From NCBI GenBank assembly GCA_964276515.1, contig OZ193909.1, positions 14,012,001 to 14,076,000 of the forward strand: 64,000 bases of DNA. The letters run 5' to 3'. Shown here one piece after another: positions 11,400-22,900 of this stretch. Origin of the DNA: Gordius albopunctatus (Eukaryota). How positions within the stretch are numbered: position 1 is the stretch's first letter; each line of letters begins with the position of its first letter. The notes beneath the pieces are model-generated. The model saw nothing but the letters and a program-made list of their open reading frames with translations, searched no databases and was not told the DNA's origin. Made by a program: the position numbers and the translations under genes.

Positions 11400-14300
11400 A
11401 AGTTAAAAAACGATGAATATGAAACCAAAGAAAACTTGGGTAAACAAATTTTGCAAAGGACTTTTAAGCCACAATTCCAAAAATACTGGTAGTTCTTTGT
11501 TTATAAATTCCCAACTTATAATTTTTTAATGAATAATTTGATTTTAAATGAATGATTTTTTTATAACACCCAAAGGCACAACTCATTTAAAAAGGCACAA
11601 ATGTTCGACACTTGTAAATAAGGGAAATCAAAAATTCAATCAACATTGGATAAATTATGTGGACCGCCAAAAAACATCTTTAACATACAATGAAAAAAGA
11701 ATGCACGCGGGTTCTCTCTCTATTTTGTGGTAGGAATTTGCGCGCATTTGAAAGTGTATATGGCGACGGGTTTATTGATGCATGCCAATATTTTGTCACT
11801 GAAATTTAGATGTTAAAAATATAATTCCTCATCCTACAATGCTGTCTCGCAATATTACAAATATTGCAGACGAGGTAAGGGCTAGAGTTTTTAGTGAACT
11901 TAATAAATATCTCAAGCAATCCTTGTGTGCGGGTAAATTAATAAAAATATTTTTATTAATATATGTTTTTTATAAAGCAACCACTGATTTGTGGACAGAT
12001 GACTTTAAAAAGGTCAGTTACATAACCTTAACGTGTCATTTTATCACCGAATGTTGGGAATTAAAAAAATTGTATTGTTTACGTCCCAGTTTGAAGATGA
12101 GAGAAAAACAGGACTAAATATTAAAAGACAAATAATAGTAAAAATATATATGTATATTTATATAATTTTAAGGCTACGATAAAATTGATGTACTAAAAAT
12201 TATATTTGTTACGGATCAAGGATGCAACATGAAGAAGGCTTTTGAAGATCTTGAGCGTTTGAACTGTGCGGCCCATTTAATTGATACTGTTTTGAAAAAT
12301 ACATTCAACGAAATCGACGAGGAAATGATAAGTATAAGTAATTGTCTGAAAGATTGCAAAGATTTGGTTATATATATGAAACAAAGAGGGTAATTTAAAG
12401 GTGTTACATACAACATTACACATATGATTTATAGACTAACAAATAAACTTGTACATACTTTGTATTTGCCAGTAGAAACGAGATGGAACTCCAAATATAA
12501 AATGCTAGAGTCAATATAGAACCAATATAATAATATATCGGCTGTTTTGCAATCACGGGGTGATTCGTCATTTATGATGGAAAGATTATTTCCAAAATAT
12601 GATGAACAAAACGAATGATAGAAGACCGCTAGAGAGGGTGGAACCAAACTCGAACTTGGTTTTACCATTGCAGTCTTATGAAGTAGGAGCGCAACTAACG
12701 AAGATGCGGAAAGGGAAAGCGCTAGGTCCCGATGATTTACTGATCGAAACTTGGCTTGGGTGCAAAGGAGAAGGAATCGACATAATTACAGGCCTATTTA
12801 ACGCTATGCTGTATGAGAGTCGTATCCCTGACCAATGGAGGGAAAGTACGATCATACCAATATACAAAGGCAAAGGAGACGCGCAGGAATGTGGCAAATT
12901 TAGAGGTATCAAGTTGACCTGCCACTCACTAAAACTACTAGAAAGGGTGCTAGTGAAAAGGCTCAATGACGAAGTTTGTCTCTCGCCCAATCAGGTTGGA
13001 TTCGTGGCCGGTAAATCAACGATGGATCTAATCTTTGCGAAGCAGACGATGGAAAAATATGGCGACATAAGAAAGAACTTACACATGTTCTTCATCGATT
13101 TAGAAAAGGCCTACGATACGGTTCCGAGAGACTTAATATGGTGGTCCATTAGAGCCAGAAATATACCCGAAGGATATGTTCGACTTATCAAGGAAATGTA
13201 TAATGGCGCGGTTGCATCTGTTAGGACTAGCGTAGGAGAAACGAAACCCTTCCGAGTAATGATTAGACTACATCAAGGGTCAGCGTTAAGTCCATTCTTG
13301 TTTAATCTAATTATGGATACAATAACAAAGGACTTGCACAAGCCAGCCCCTTGGACTATGCTATATGCCGATAATATTTTCCTATGCGATGAAACAAGAG
13401 AAGGGGTTTTTCATCAGGCGAAAAAATGGTCAGAACGTTTTTCGGAATTTGGGTTAAAGGTCAGCGAGAAGAAAACGGTTTACATGCAAACGATTGGCGG
13501 TAGTCCGCAAATGCACAAAATTGACGGTCCAAGGTACACGGAGGTTGATAGGTTCACATATCTTGGCTCGCTATTACATCAAGAGGGAGGATGTACCGCC
13601 GAAGTCCATTCTCGGATCAAGAAAGCGTGGCTCAAGTGGCGCAGCATCTCCGGTGTCATGTGTGACAAAAAGATACCAATTTGGTTGAAAAGCAAGGCGT
13701 ACAAAACCATCGTGCGACCGGTCTTGCTTTACGGGAGCGAAACATGGGCTGCAACCAACGCGGAGGAGAAACTCTTGCAAGTCACGGAAATGAGAATGGT
13801 GCGATGGAGCTTAGGCTACACCAAGCTGGATCGCATGACGAGCGAATCCTTGATGACAAAGATGGGTATACAAGCAACGAAGGACTACTTAAGAGAAAAT
13901 CGACTGCGGTGGTACGGCCATGTATTAGGAAGAGACGAAGACGATGTCACACGGCGAACGCTGGAGATGGAAGTGCCTGGAAGAAGAGGAAGAGGCAGAC
14001 CACGTGCTACCTGGAAACGACTGGTCGAAAAGGATATGGACGTCAAACAGATGGAAATTGGCATGGCATTTACGCGACTCAGGTCTGTGGGATTTTCAAC
14101 ACGATAAAGAAGAAGAAGAAGATCGATATAGAAATAGTTAAAAGCCTAATAAATTTTCTGAAGCCATTTAAAACGGCTAGTGATGAATTGGAGGCTGATG
14201 CAAAGCCGACCATTAACATGGTACTCGTATGCTATTCTATTACAGACTAATCGAATGTTTGAAAAAACCCTTATTTAGCGAAGGGTTCAACACTTTGGCC

Positions 14301-14911
14301 AAAAAGGCCCTTTCGTTTTTAAATTCAAAATTTAAACTTGATATTATTCATAAATTATCCGCATTATTAAATCCAAAGTATCGAAATTTAATAATGCTGC
14401 CTCGCTATAAATTTGATGACATTTGTCATCATATACGAACTTTAATAATTATGGAGGAAAGGATTAAGGCTAATCCTCCGGTTAATACAGTTACGCCTTG
14501 TATAGCCGTCGAGCATGGTAATTTTTTAATTTGCATTAAGCATTTATTATTTTTCACGATAATATAATGGAGGAAGAATTTTTAGATTTTAGTAGTTGGG
14601 AAGAGCCCAGAATAGATAACGAAGCTGAGGAAGATGAATTACATAAATATTTAAATACGAATTATATTGATGGTATGGAAGTTTTGGAATGGTGGAAGAT
14701 GCATCAGAGTGAATTTCCTTGTTTGAGCAATTTGGCTAGAAAGTATTTGGCAATACCTGCTACATCAGCTAGCAGTGAGCGAGCCTTTTCTACAGCTGGA
14801 CGAGCTTACGAAGAGAGAAGGACTTCGTTAAAACCCGAGAAATTAGACTCCACTTTATTTATTTACCATAATTATTCATATTTTAAATCACATAATATTC
14901 GCGATACGTAA
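11400..14911 (+). pseudogene. hAT transposase pseudogene split by an RTE insertion
   Basis: BED remnant GTTHLKRHKC; ATTDLWTD; FVTDQGCNM..NCAAHLI (second D, CxxH); ETRWNS; resumes IDIEIVKSLINFLKPFK at 14122; C-terminal WWKMHQSEFPCLSNLARKYLAIPATSASSERAFS; stops and frameshifts. Start approximate. Confidence 0.85.
12592..14121 (+). mobile_element. 5'-truncated RTE-clade non-LTR retrotransposon (RT region only)
   Basis: ORF 12599-14107 with KALGPD, FIDLEKAYDTVPR, LHQGSALSP, YADN (YADD expected), FTYLGS, VRPVLLYGSETW, RLRWYGHV, RGRGRP; (AAG)n tail 14108-14121; higher GC than flanks; no APE domain; no TSD seen. Confidence 0.9.
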
Positions 14912-16568
14912 TATATTTATAAATAAATTTTTGAAATAAAATTGGTACAAATTTACATTTTTACAAAAGTCGGGCCGGGCTCGGGCCGGGCCTGATGGAA
15001 AAAAACGAATCGGGTCGGGCTCGGGCAAAACATAAAAAAAAAAGTTTCGGGCTCGAGCGGATAAAATTCAATTTTGCAGGGCTCTAATCACAAGGCACCC
15101 AAATAATTAATGTGTATATAAATGTAAATATAATATATAAACAAAGCTGTAAATTACACTATAATATTTTAGTAAGGGTAGCTATAGCGCGATAAATTTT
15201 AAAATTGCTTCGCTTTTGCTACTTTTTTTTCCAATCTAGCGACAAAGTGGCGCGCTTTGATTTTGAATATTTTTTAGTTGTTTTGAAGCCTTAATGTTAA
15301 GCTTAAATATGACATTCAATAACTTACAATTGTAGAAAACAGTTAATAATTTCAAATATCATATTTTTATATTTTCGTGAATTCCTCCTAATTGTTTTAA
15401 CTTAAAATTGATATCCCAAAAAATTTAGCTAGGAAGACCAAGGCAAAATCAATTGAGAACTTCGGTTCATCCTCGTTTTTATAATAGTTGATTGCATACA
15501 AGATTCTACCAACACAAAAAATAAACAACTGATAGCAATGGGAGATAAGATACCAACGCCATCACCTTTATGATTATACAAATTAACTGACGATGATCGG
15601 AAGTCTATAGTTGAAATTTATAAAAATTTATTGTCTTTTATTTTTTGAATCGGCTAAACTAGATTTTGTATGTTAGGTTATTCAAGAATTATATCTATAG
15701 AATAAATACATTCACCCTCTCTATTGAGCTGGTTGAACGCCTCTAGGCTGCTTGTTAATTTAGGGAGGACTAGTTTGAGCGGCTCTCATGACTTAGAGCA
15801 AATATTGCCTCAAAGAGGTCACATTATTATTTTTTTACATAATGTATATTTTTCAAATTTGACTCTCTTGCAATAAACTATGCAATGAATTTGAATTATT
15901 TCATATTTTTAAAATAAAAATAGTGTTGAGAGAATTTGTCCAAATCTACTACTCAAGTATAAGTAGCGATATCAATTGTGCGCAACCATTTTTACATTTT
16001 TCAAAAGGAGCGTTGACAACTTTGTTTATAAAATATTAGAATCTTACTATGTCTAAAAATTATCTCTATCTGATACAAGACGATGAATATCAAATGTAGA
16101 TTAAGATTGAACACAAGGGGACACGGCATAACGTTAACAGATAAAATAATATCGATATATAGAATTAAGTATCTTCCCAGCCTAGAGAGGTCTACATGTT
16201 TACGGGAAGACCTTCACTCTTATATTTTAATTTTACAACCTAATTTAATCAATACATGTTATGTAATAATTTTACAAGCCAATTTAATATGCGTATGCTT
16301 TTATTTAATTTAAGGCAATACGTGAACGACTTTAAATTCTCATATTTTCAAGGTAAATATGAATAGAGTAGAAGCATTTTAAGAAAGGGAGATTAAGACT
16401 TGGGTAATTTCTAATTTAAAACCTATCAATAAATTTTTAATTGCGTCCCTATGATCTATATTATTTCGCAAAAGCTATCGACTTGACAAAACCTAATCTA
16501 TTAGCTTCAACCATGGTTCCTAGACGTTATATGTTAAAGGCATAGAAGCTAAAGTTTAGCCAACAAAG

Positions 16569-18788
16569 CAGGCACGTAGCCAGGATTTTCTCTGCGGGGG
16601 GGGGGAAATTTCCAAATATTTTTTATACCATTTTTATTTCAACATCAAAATTATAAAATCTGGTATAAAACATAAAGAAAGTCATTATAAATAATTTCAT
16701 GTTTTCTTTTTCTCAGCGTCATCTGGAGATGGCAATTTTAGAGCTCTTTTAAGGTACCGTACTACTACTTAAGTCCTCAATTTTAAAATGAGATTCTATC
16801 AATTTATAATTACCTAATTGGTGTGGGCTAGGCGACTTAATTATAAAGAGCATAAGAGATCTCAATATAAATATAAATTTGTTAAGAGGCCAGGGATATG
16901 ATGGAGCCAGAAATATGAGTTGAAATGTTGTCAGAAATGGAAGATAAACCAAATAAGGAGAAATTGAAGCAAGCTGGTATGATTACGATGTTGCAACAGA
17001 AGCTCCAACTTTAAATCACCTCTAGATCTTCAGCAAGTTAGACAGTTAGCAGAAACTTTAGTATTAGTAGTCGAACCTAAGGCTAAGTTGTATGATTTTG
17101 AACTTAAGAAACAGGTTTTGGCAAATTTTTAAATAGTATTACCTCTGAATCTTTGATTGTTTTGCCAGAAACGCGAATGAAAATAAATTATAGAAGGATT
17201 TCGTCAAACTCTTCTTTACCTATTAGCTTTTATATAAGAAATACTATGTCGAAAAATAGATTAAATGGATTGGCCCTTTTTTATAGCATTTTCCTTTCAA
17301 CATTAAAATTAAATAAAGAAAATCATTATAAAATAATTTTATATTTTCTTTTTCCCAGCGAAAATATCTCAAGAACTTTATCTGGAGTGGGAGCTAATTC
17401 CCGATGAATCGCTAATAGGGCCAATCCATTTAATCTATTTTTCGACATAGTATTTCTTATATACGTTTTAAGCGTCCTCAATGTTGAGAAACTTCTTTCA
17501 TTGGTTCATGTAGTGATGATAGGAAGACAAGCTAATAGGTAAAGAAGAGTTGTGATGTTGGGTAAAGATTCCAATATTTTATAACCTGATAGGGCGTCCA
17601 AAGGATTCTTTGGACGAAATTCTTCTGACGTCTGAGACAACGCCATATACCATATATCAAATTCAGATTTAAGGTCTTCGTTTGTCCCCTTAAGATCATT
17701 GGAATAAAAGTCCCATAGAAAGTTTATTTTCATCCGCGTTTCTGGCGAAACAATCAAAGAATTCGAAGGAAATAATATTTGGAAATTTGCCAAAACTTGT
17801 TTCTTGTCCACAAACCGTTCATTGAGTTGTAGAATGAACATATCGAGCAAAGGTATAAAAATATGATTTTTTAATAATCCTCAATGGATTCAGTTAAAAT
17901 ATTACTTCGACAAGTTTGCTTTTTTGCATATCGAGGTTTCTTAAGGTCAAAATCATACAACTTAGCCTTAGCTTCGGCTACTAAAAAAATTTCCCAAAAC
18001 TCTTCATCAACGTTGTTTCTTATTAATTTCATTTGATTTACTAAAGCTTCGGCTAACTGTGTGACTTGCTGAAGATCTAGGTACTTTTTTTGCAATTGCT
18101 TGCATAATAAGGACGTATAGCCAAAGAGTTTATTTAGGCATAGAAGGGAAATAATATATTCACTTTGTCGTAATGCAGTGAGCAAAGTTGCAGCTTCTGT
18201 TGCAACATCGTGATCATACCATGTAGATATCTTTTCCAACGCTGGATATATGGCATCTTGAAGCAAAATGTGTGTGGAAACAGCTTCATGTCGTGATGCC
18301 CAACGGGTGACACAAACTTGCTTCAATTTCTCCTTATTTGGTTTATCTTCCATTTCTGACAACATTTCAATTAAAACTGTACAATTTCTTTATCTTTATT
18401 CTTTTTTGATAAATTTTTGCCATCCTCTATAAAATACATGAATAATTTAATATTATAACAAATTACTAGATGTGGAAGGGCAAGAGTCGGATGATTTGAT
18501 GGGAAAAAAATCGTAAATAAGGTTACGTTTCATATCGCAAAAGGAAAACAACAATAATGGTTAATAGTCTTTTTGTCGAAATTTGATACAAAAATAAAAA
18601 AAGTATATATTGGTATATATTTAATAAATTGCATTGCATAGCAATTAATAAGTGTCTTACTTGGTCAGTTACGTTGCACAACTATAAAATATAAACATTA
18701 GATCTAAAATAATTTTTTTTAGGGGGGGGGGAATTTTTTTTCCGGGGGGGGAGGATTTCCCGTCCCCCCCCCCGTATTTACGCCACTG
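16569..18788 (-). mobile_element. Rearranged hAT element (Tip100/ZMYM1/PRKRIR-like transposase)
   Basis: Perfect TSD CAACAAAG (16561-16568, 18789-18796); imperfect termini CAGGCACGTAGCC and (rc) CAGTGGCGTAAAT with poly-G/C; transposase remnant on minus strand. Confidence 0.85.
17340..18370 (-). pseudogene. C-terminal half of a Tip100/ZMYM1-type hAT transposase, frameshifted
   Basis: ORFs 17871-18365 and 17506-17850: LKQVCVTRWASRHEAV, LDMFILQLNERF, LPNITTLLYLLACLPIITT, then ERSFSTLRTLKTYIRNTMSKNRLNGLALLAIHRE. Lower bound approximate. Confidence 0.85.
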
Positions 18789-19472
18789 CAACAAAGACCT
18801 AAAGTTATGCTGCTCTGCTTTGCGTCATACATGAGCTTTGCTTCATTACAGATTCGGTTTTTACATAATGACACATATACCCTTCTTTGTAAAAAGTTTT
18901 TAAAGTTGAATTTAAATGCTTTATAACTTTTAGATATTTCTATAAATAACACAAATCTAAACCAAGGTTGACATTCGCAAATGAATTCAGTGGTTAATTT
19001 TAGGTTAAAAATGAAAAGAATAGCTATATTCTACTATGAACAGTATAAAATTTGAGCAAGAAAATTTAAAAGTAAAGTAGTGCATTTTACCAACAGGGCA
19101 TAGCCATTAATAAGATTTTTATGTGATTTAAATAATATAATATTTTTATGGGCTTTATTTAATTAAACGCTAACCACAAATAACAAGCGTTTTTAATGCC
19201 TCTGTCAAATTTTAGTTATCTTAAATTCAAATAGTATTAATAAGGCTGTTTAAACTAATATTAACCTTTAATATATAAAGGGGTAATAATGATTAAGGGA
19301 GGGGCAAAATGAACATTTTTTGAAATTTCAGCTATGATTTAAAAGAAAATTTCAACAAAGCCCCTCCCTGCTTTCCTTCCTTGGCTACCCCCATGACCAT
19401 TTAAGTTACTTGCGAGGAAATTATTTTGATCATTTTGACCTATTTGCCCCCTCTAACTAAAATAATGATTTC

Positions 19473-19849
19473 TTAGCCGTCGCAGAGGGGCGGAAAACTA
19501 TTAAATACAAAGCCTTATTATCCTCAAACATTTTTATTCCATTGGTTGTTTCGTGTTTAGGTACCTTTGGCAAACAGGCTTTAGCTTTTTTTAAAGAGGT
19601 AGGAAGACGTTCTCACCCGTCTAAACATTTGGTATCCTTTTTACTTAAACAAAGACTTGGTATTCTTATAACCAAGTACAATTTTAAATCGTTCGCGGAT
19701 TCTTGGCCAATTTTGGAAGATCCCCTTGATGATGATATATAAAAATAGTGTATTATTTTATTTGACGGATTTTGTCTTTTATATTTTATGTATTTATATT
19801 ATATTACTGTCAACGGATTTTAAACAAATAAACTTTTTATTAAAAAAAA
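19473..19849 (+). mobile_element. 3' fragment of a CRE-like (restriction-like endonuclease) non-LTR retrotransposon
   Basis: AVAEGRKTIKY..FIPLVVSCLGTFGKQALAFFKEVGRR..LKQRLGILITKYN resembles the C-terminus of CRE-type RLE proteins; stop 19742; AATAAA then A8. Confidence 0.65.
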
Positions 19850-19951
19850 TTAATGTAGCAAATTTTCATGTACATTATGATATCAGCTGATAGATTTCAC
19901 ATGTTTTTATTTTTACATCGTGCCTTGTTGTGGTAATATCTATGCTTTAAA

Positions 19952-22900
19952 ATGTCTCAGTTCCATGAAAATATTCGCACTATTTTCGAAGGTAAATCTT
20001 TAAAAATAATATTTGAATTTATATGTACCTTATATAAATAATTTAGATTTTTATAAATTGAGTTATACTTAAAAAATGTTAATTTTGCTAATTTGTATAA
20101 GTAAACCTTTAAGATTAGCTATAGTAATATTATAGGAATTCTTTTAATAAAAATTTAATAACGTTTTACCAAAGTTTTAAAAAAAATAATTTTCAACTAA
20201 CTTTCTAGTAAATCATCAATTTCAGATCTCATATATATGACTAGTCTTTGATTAAGACATATTTTCCATTATTTTTATTAAAAACAAGATTATGTTTATA
20301 ATGAATTGACTTTAAATGTTGAAATAAATATTTCAATTATTAACATTGTAAAGGTTGTTTATAATCATAGCTAGGGGGAGGAGCAGAGAGAGGAGGTTAA
20401 TTAAAAAACTTTTATAAATTCTAAGAGTACAATTTTAGGAATTTGTCATTTTGCATCTTCTTGAATCATTATATATTTTCAACCATCAACTTTTAATTGA
20501 AGTCCTGGCTATGCATATGCCTATAATTTGTGGACAACTATAGCAAGATTGAAATTAAGAGATAAACAATAGATTCTTACCAAAATTGCATAGAAAATAG
20601 TTTTAGGATTTGGCACCCCGTCAACCACATTCATTAAATTGCAAGTCTAATAAAATCATAATACTTTATCAACACCTCTAATATAAAAATGACCAATTTT
20701 CATATTATATAGTAATCAGGCATGTATTAGTTTAAGCTTAAGTGTTATACAAAAGTTCTAAAACCCTATAAAATTCCAATGTATTTTTTCCTACAAACTT
20801 TAAATAATTTAAAATCTTGTTAAAATAAAACTAGTTACTTTTTTTAGATTTATTTTAGTGTTGCAAGAGTGTGTTTAAATAATATCAGTTGTCTTTTTAA
20901 TTTTGGCCTAAAAAATTTAGCCGCAACAAAAGCGATAGCACTTTTATTGCTGGATATGAACTTTTGTTCACCTTTTAATGCTTTTAGTCATTGAGATTGA
21001 GTAGCAATGTTAGTTTTTACACGAATCTTTTGGTTAAGTATAAAACTTTCTTAATTTTTACGTCTTAGTTATGGTTACGAAAATTACTATTTTGCATTTA
21101 ATCAAAAGGTCCTTAAATTTAAACCTAGTTAAGGGTGGTACCATCTCCTTCCCCCCCCCCCCCTAAATCTGAAAAGCTTTGTCTATACAAAAATAAAGGC
21201 ATTTTATTAATTACCACTACCTACTGTTGTAAAAACGACTGGGTCGATCTTTGGGATTGGTCGACGAAACATGAAGCGGCCATAGGTTTTATGGTCATAC
21301 CTTTAGTCTGTTTAAACGACATGGGCGTAGCCAGCTTTGGAATTAGGGGGGGTGGGCAATAAATGAACATTTTTTGAAATTTGGACCTATAATTTGAGAA
21401 ATTTCAACAATTTTTTAGATTTAGAGGGGGGCAGCCGCCCCCCCCCCTCCCCCCCCCTTGGCTACGCCCATGTTAAACGATTACCACCCACAATTGTGGA
21501 AACGGTGGGACTAGGTGGCTGACGCATGTAAATATTTGACATTCTTGTTAACTGTGTCCTCCTCCCATCTACACATCTTCTAGTTAATGATGGGGAAACT
21601 ACTTCTCTGTTTGGATGGACACATGCGGACATCAAACGTACTACTAGCCAGGTTTATCATGAATGACAAGACAACTATCCCTAGTAGTAACTAACCGATT
21701 TATTCGTCGAGTTATTAACATTGATTAATACTTCTCCATAAAATTAGCCCGAGAAGTTTTTTGCCTCCAAACCCATAATTTTTTAGCATTTAAAGGGGAG
21801 ACGTATTAGCCGGATTATCGTTGTTACCTCAAAAAACGACACTCATCACGATTAGCAATTCTTGTTAAATTGATATTTTGTTATATAATAATCATAGTTT
21901 TTGTTTCAAACACCTTTCGTTGTTTCACAAATCTTAGGTAGTAGCGGTTTCTAAAGCCAATGTTGTAGGACATTTTATGGTAATTTTTACAGCTACAATT
22001 CCCTTCTAAACATATACATTAGTTTTCGCCTCGTGCTTAAGGTATTTGATCATAATCAGGGGCCCCTTGATTTAATACACTAATATAAATTTAACACCTT
22101 TTAATTTAACCGCCTGAAAAGTTCACAAAAATATAAACTTGCCTAGATCTCATTCATGAGCTTGGAATTAGAGAGGGGGGGGGGTAACTAATGATTTATG
22201 GAAGGGCAAAATGATCATTTTTTTAAATTTAGCCATAATTTCAATAAATTACAACAAATTTTTGGATTTAAAGTAGGGGGGGGCAGCTCCTACGCCCATA
22301 ATCTCATTTATAAAGAGTTATTAATGTGACGACAACACACAGTACTACAGAGCACGCACCTAGGTACACTAGGTATTTGGGGGAAATTTTGAGGTCGGTG
22401 TTTAATGCTAAAACGTGGCATAATTCTCACGCATGTTTGCAATAACGTCTAAGAGAATATTTAAAGGATTTAGATATTTTTCCCCTCACTTCGCACCTCC
22501 AACATAACAATTTCCCCTAATCTAACTGGGTTCATCTCTCGTAAAACTTTCCAAACTCTATCTATCTACATTACAGAACAAAGGCAGACCCCTTGTTGGG
22601 GCGAAATACCGCGTTTAATACGTACGGGCTTTGGCCTACATTAGGGGGGGGGAGTTTGGAGTTTTAGTTAAATGCGATTGACAACGCCAGATTAGGAAGC
22701 ACGTCTTTCTTATGAGGAGTTAGAAAAGCTGATCTTTTCACATTAGTCGGTGAAATAAGTATGAGGAAATCTTGTCACATCGCGTGTCATAATTTCCTCC
22801 ATTTGCAATTAACCTAAATTGTGGGGCTTAAAATATTGAATGATGGCCCATTACATGAAGTTAACAAATCTTTTTAGCTTTATATATTGTCCAAGTTGTT

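Larger units (their letters stand above)
9174..15086 (+). mobile_element. hAT DNA transposon (Hermes/hobo-like), decayed, carrying nested insertions
   Basis: TIR TAGAGCCCTGCA...TGCAGGGCTCTA; perfect TSD ATCACAAG at 9166-9173 and 15087-15094; subterminal TCGGGC repeats; transposase remnants inside. Confidence 0.92.

Noticed and set aside
13681..14250. 189-aa overlapping ORF / RT-transposase fusion protein
   Set aside because: Alternative frame of the RTE running through the AAG tail into the broken transposase; a by-product of the insertion.
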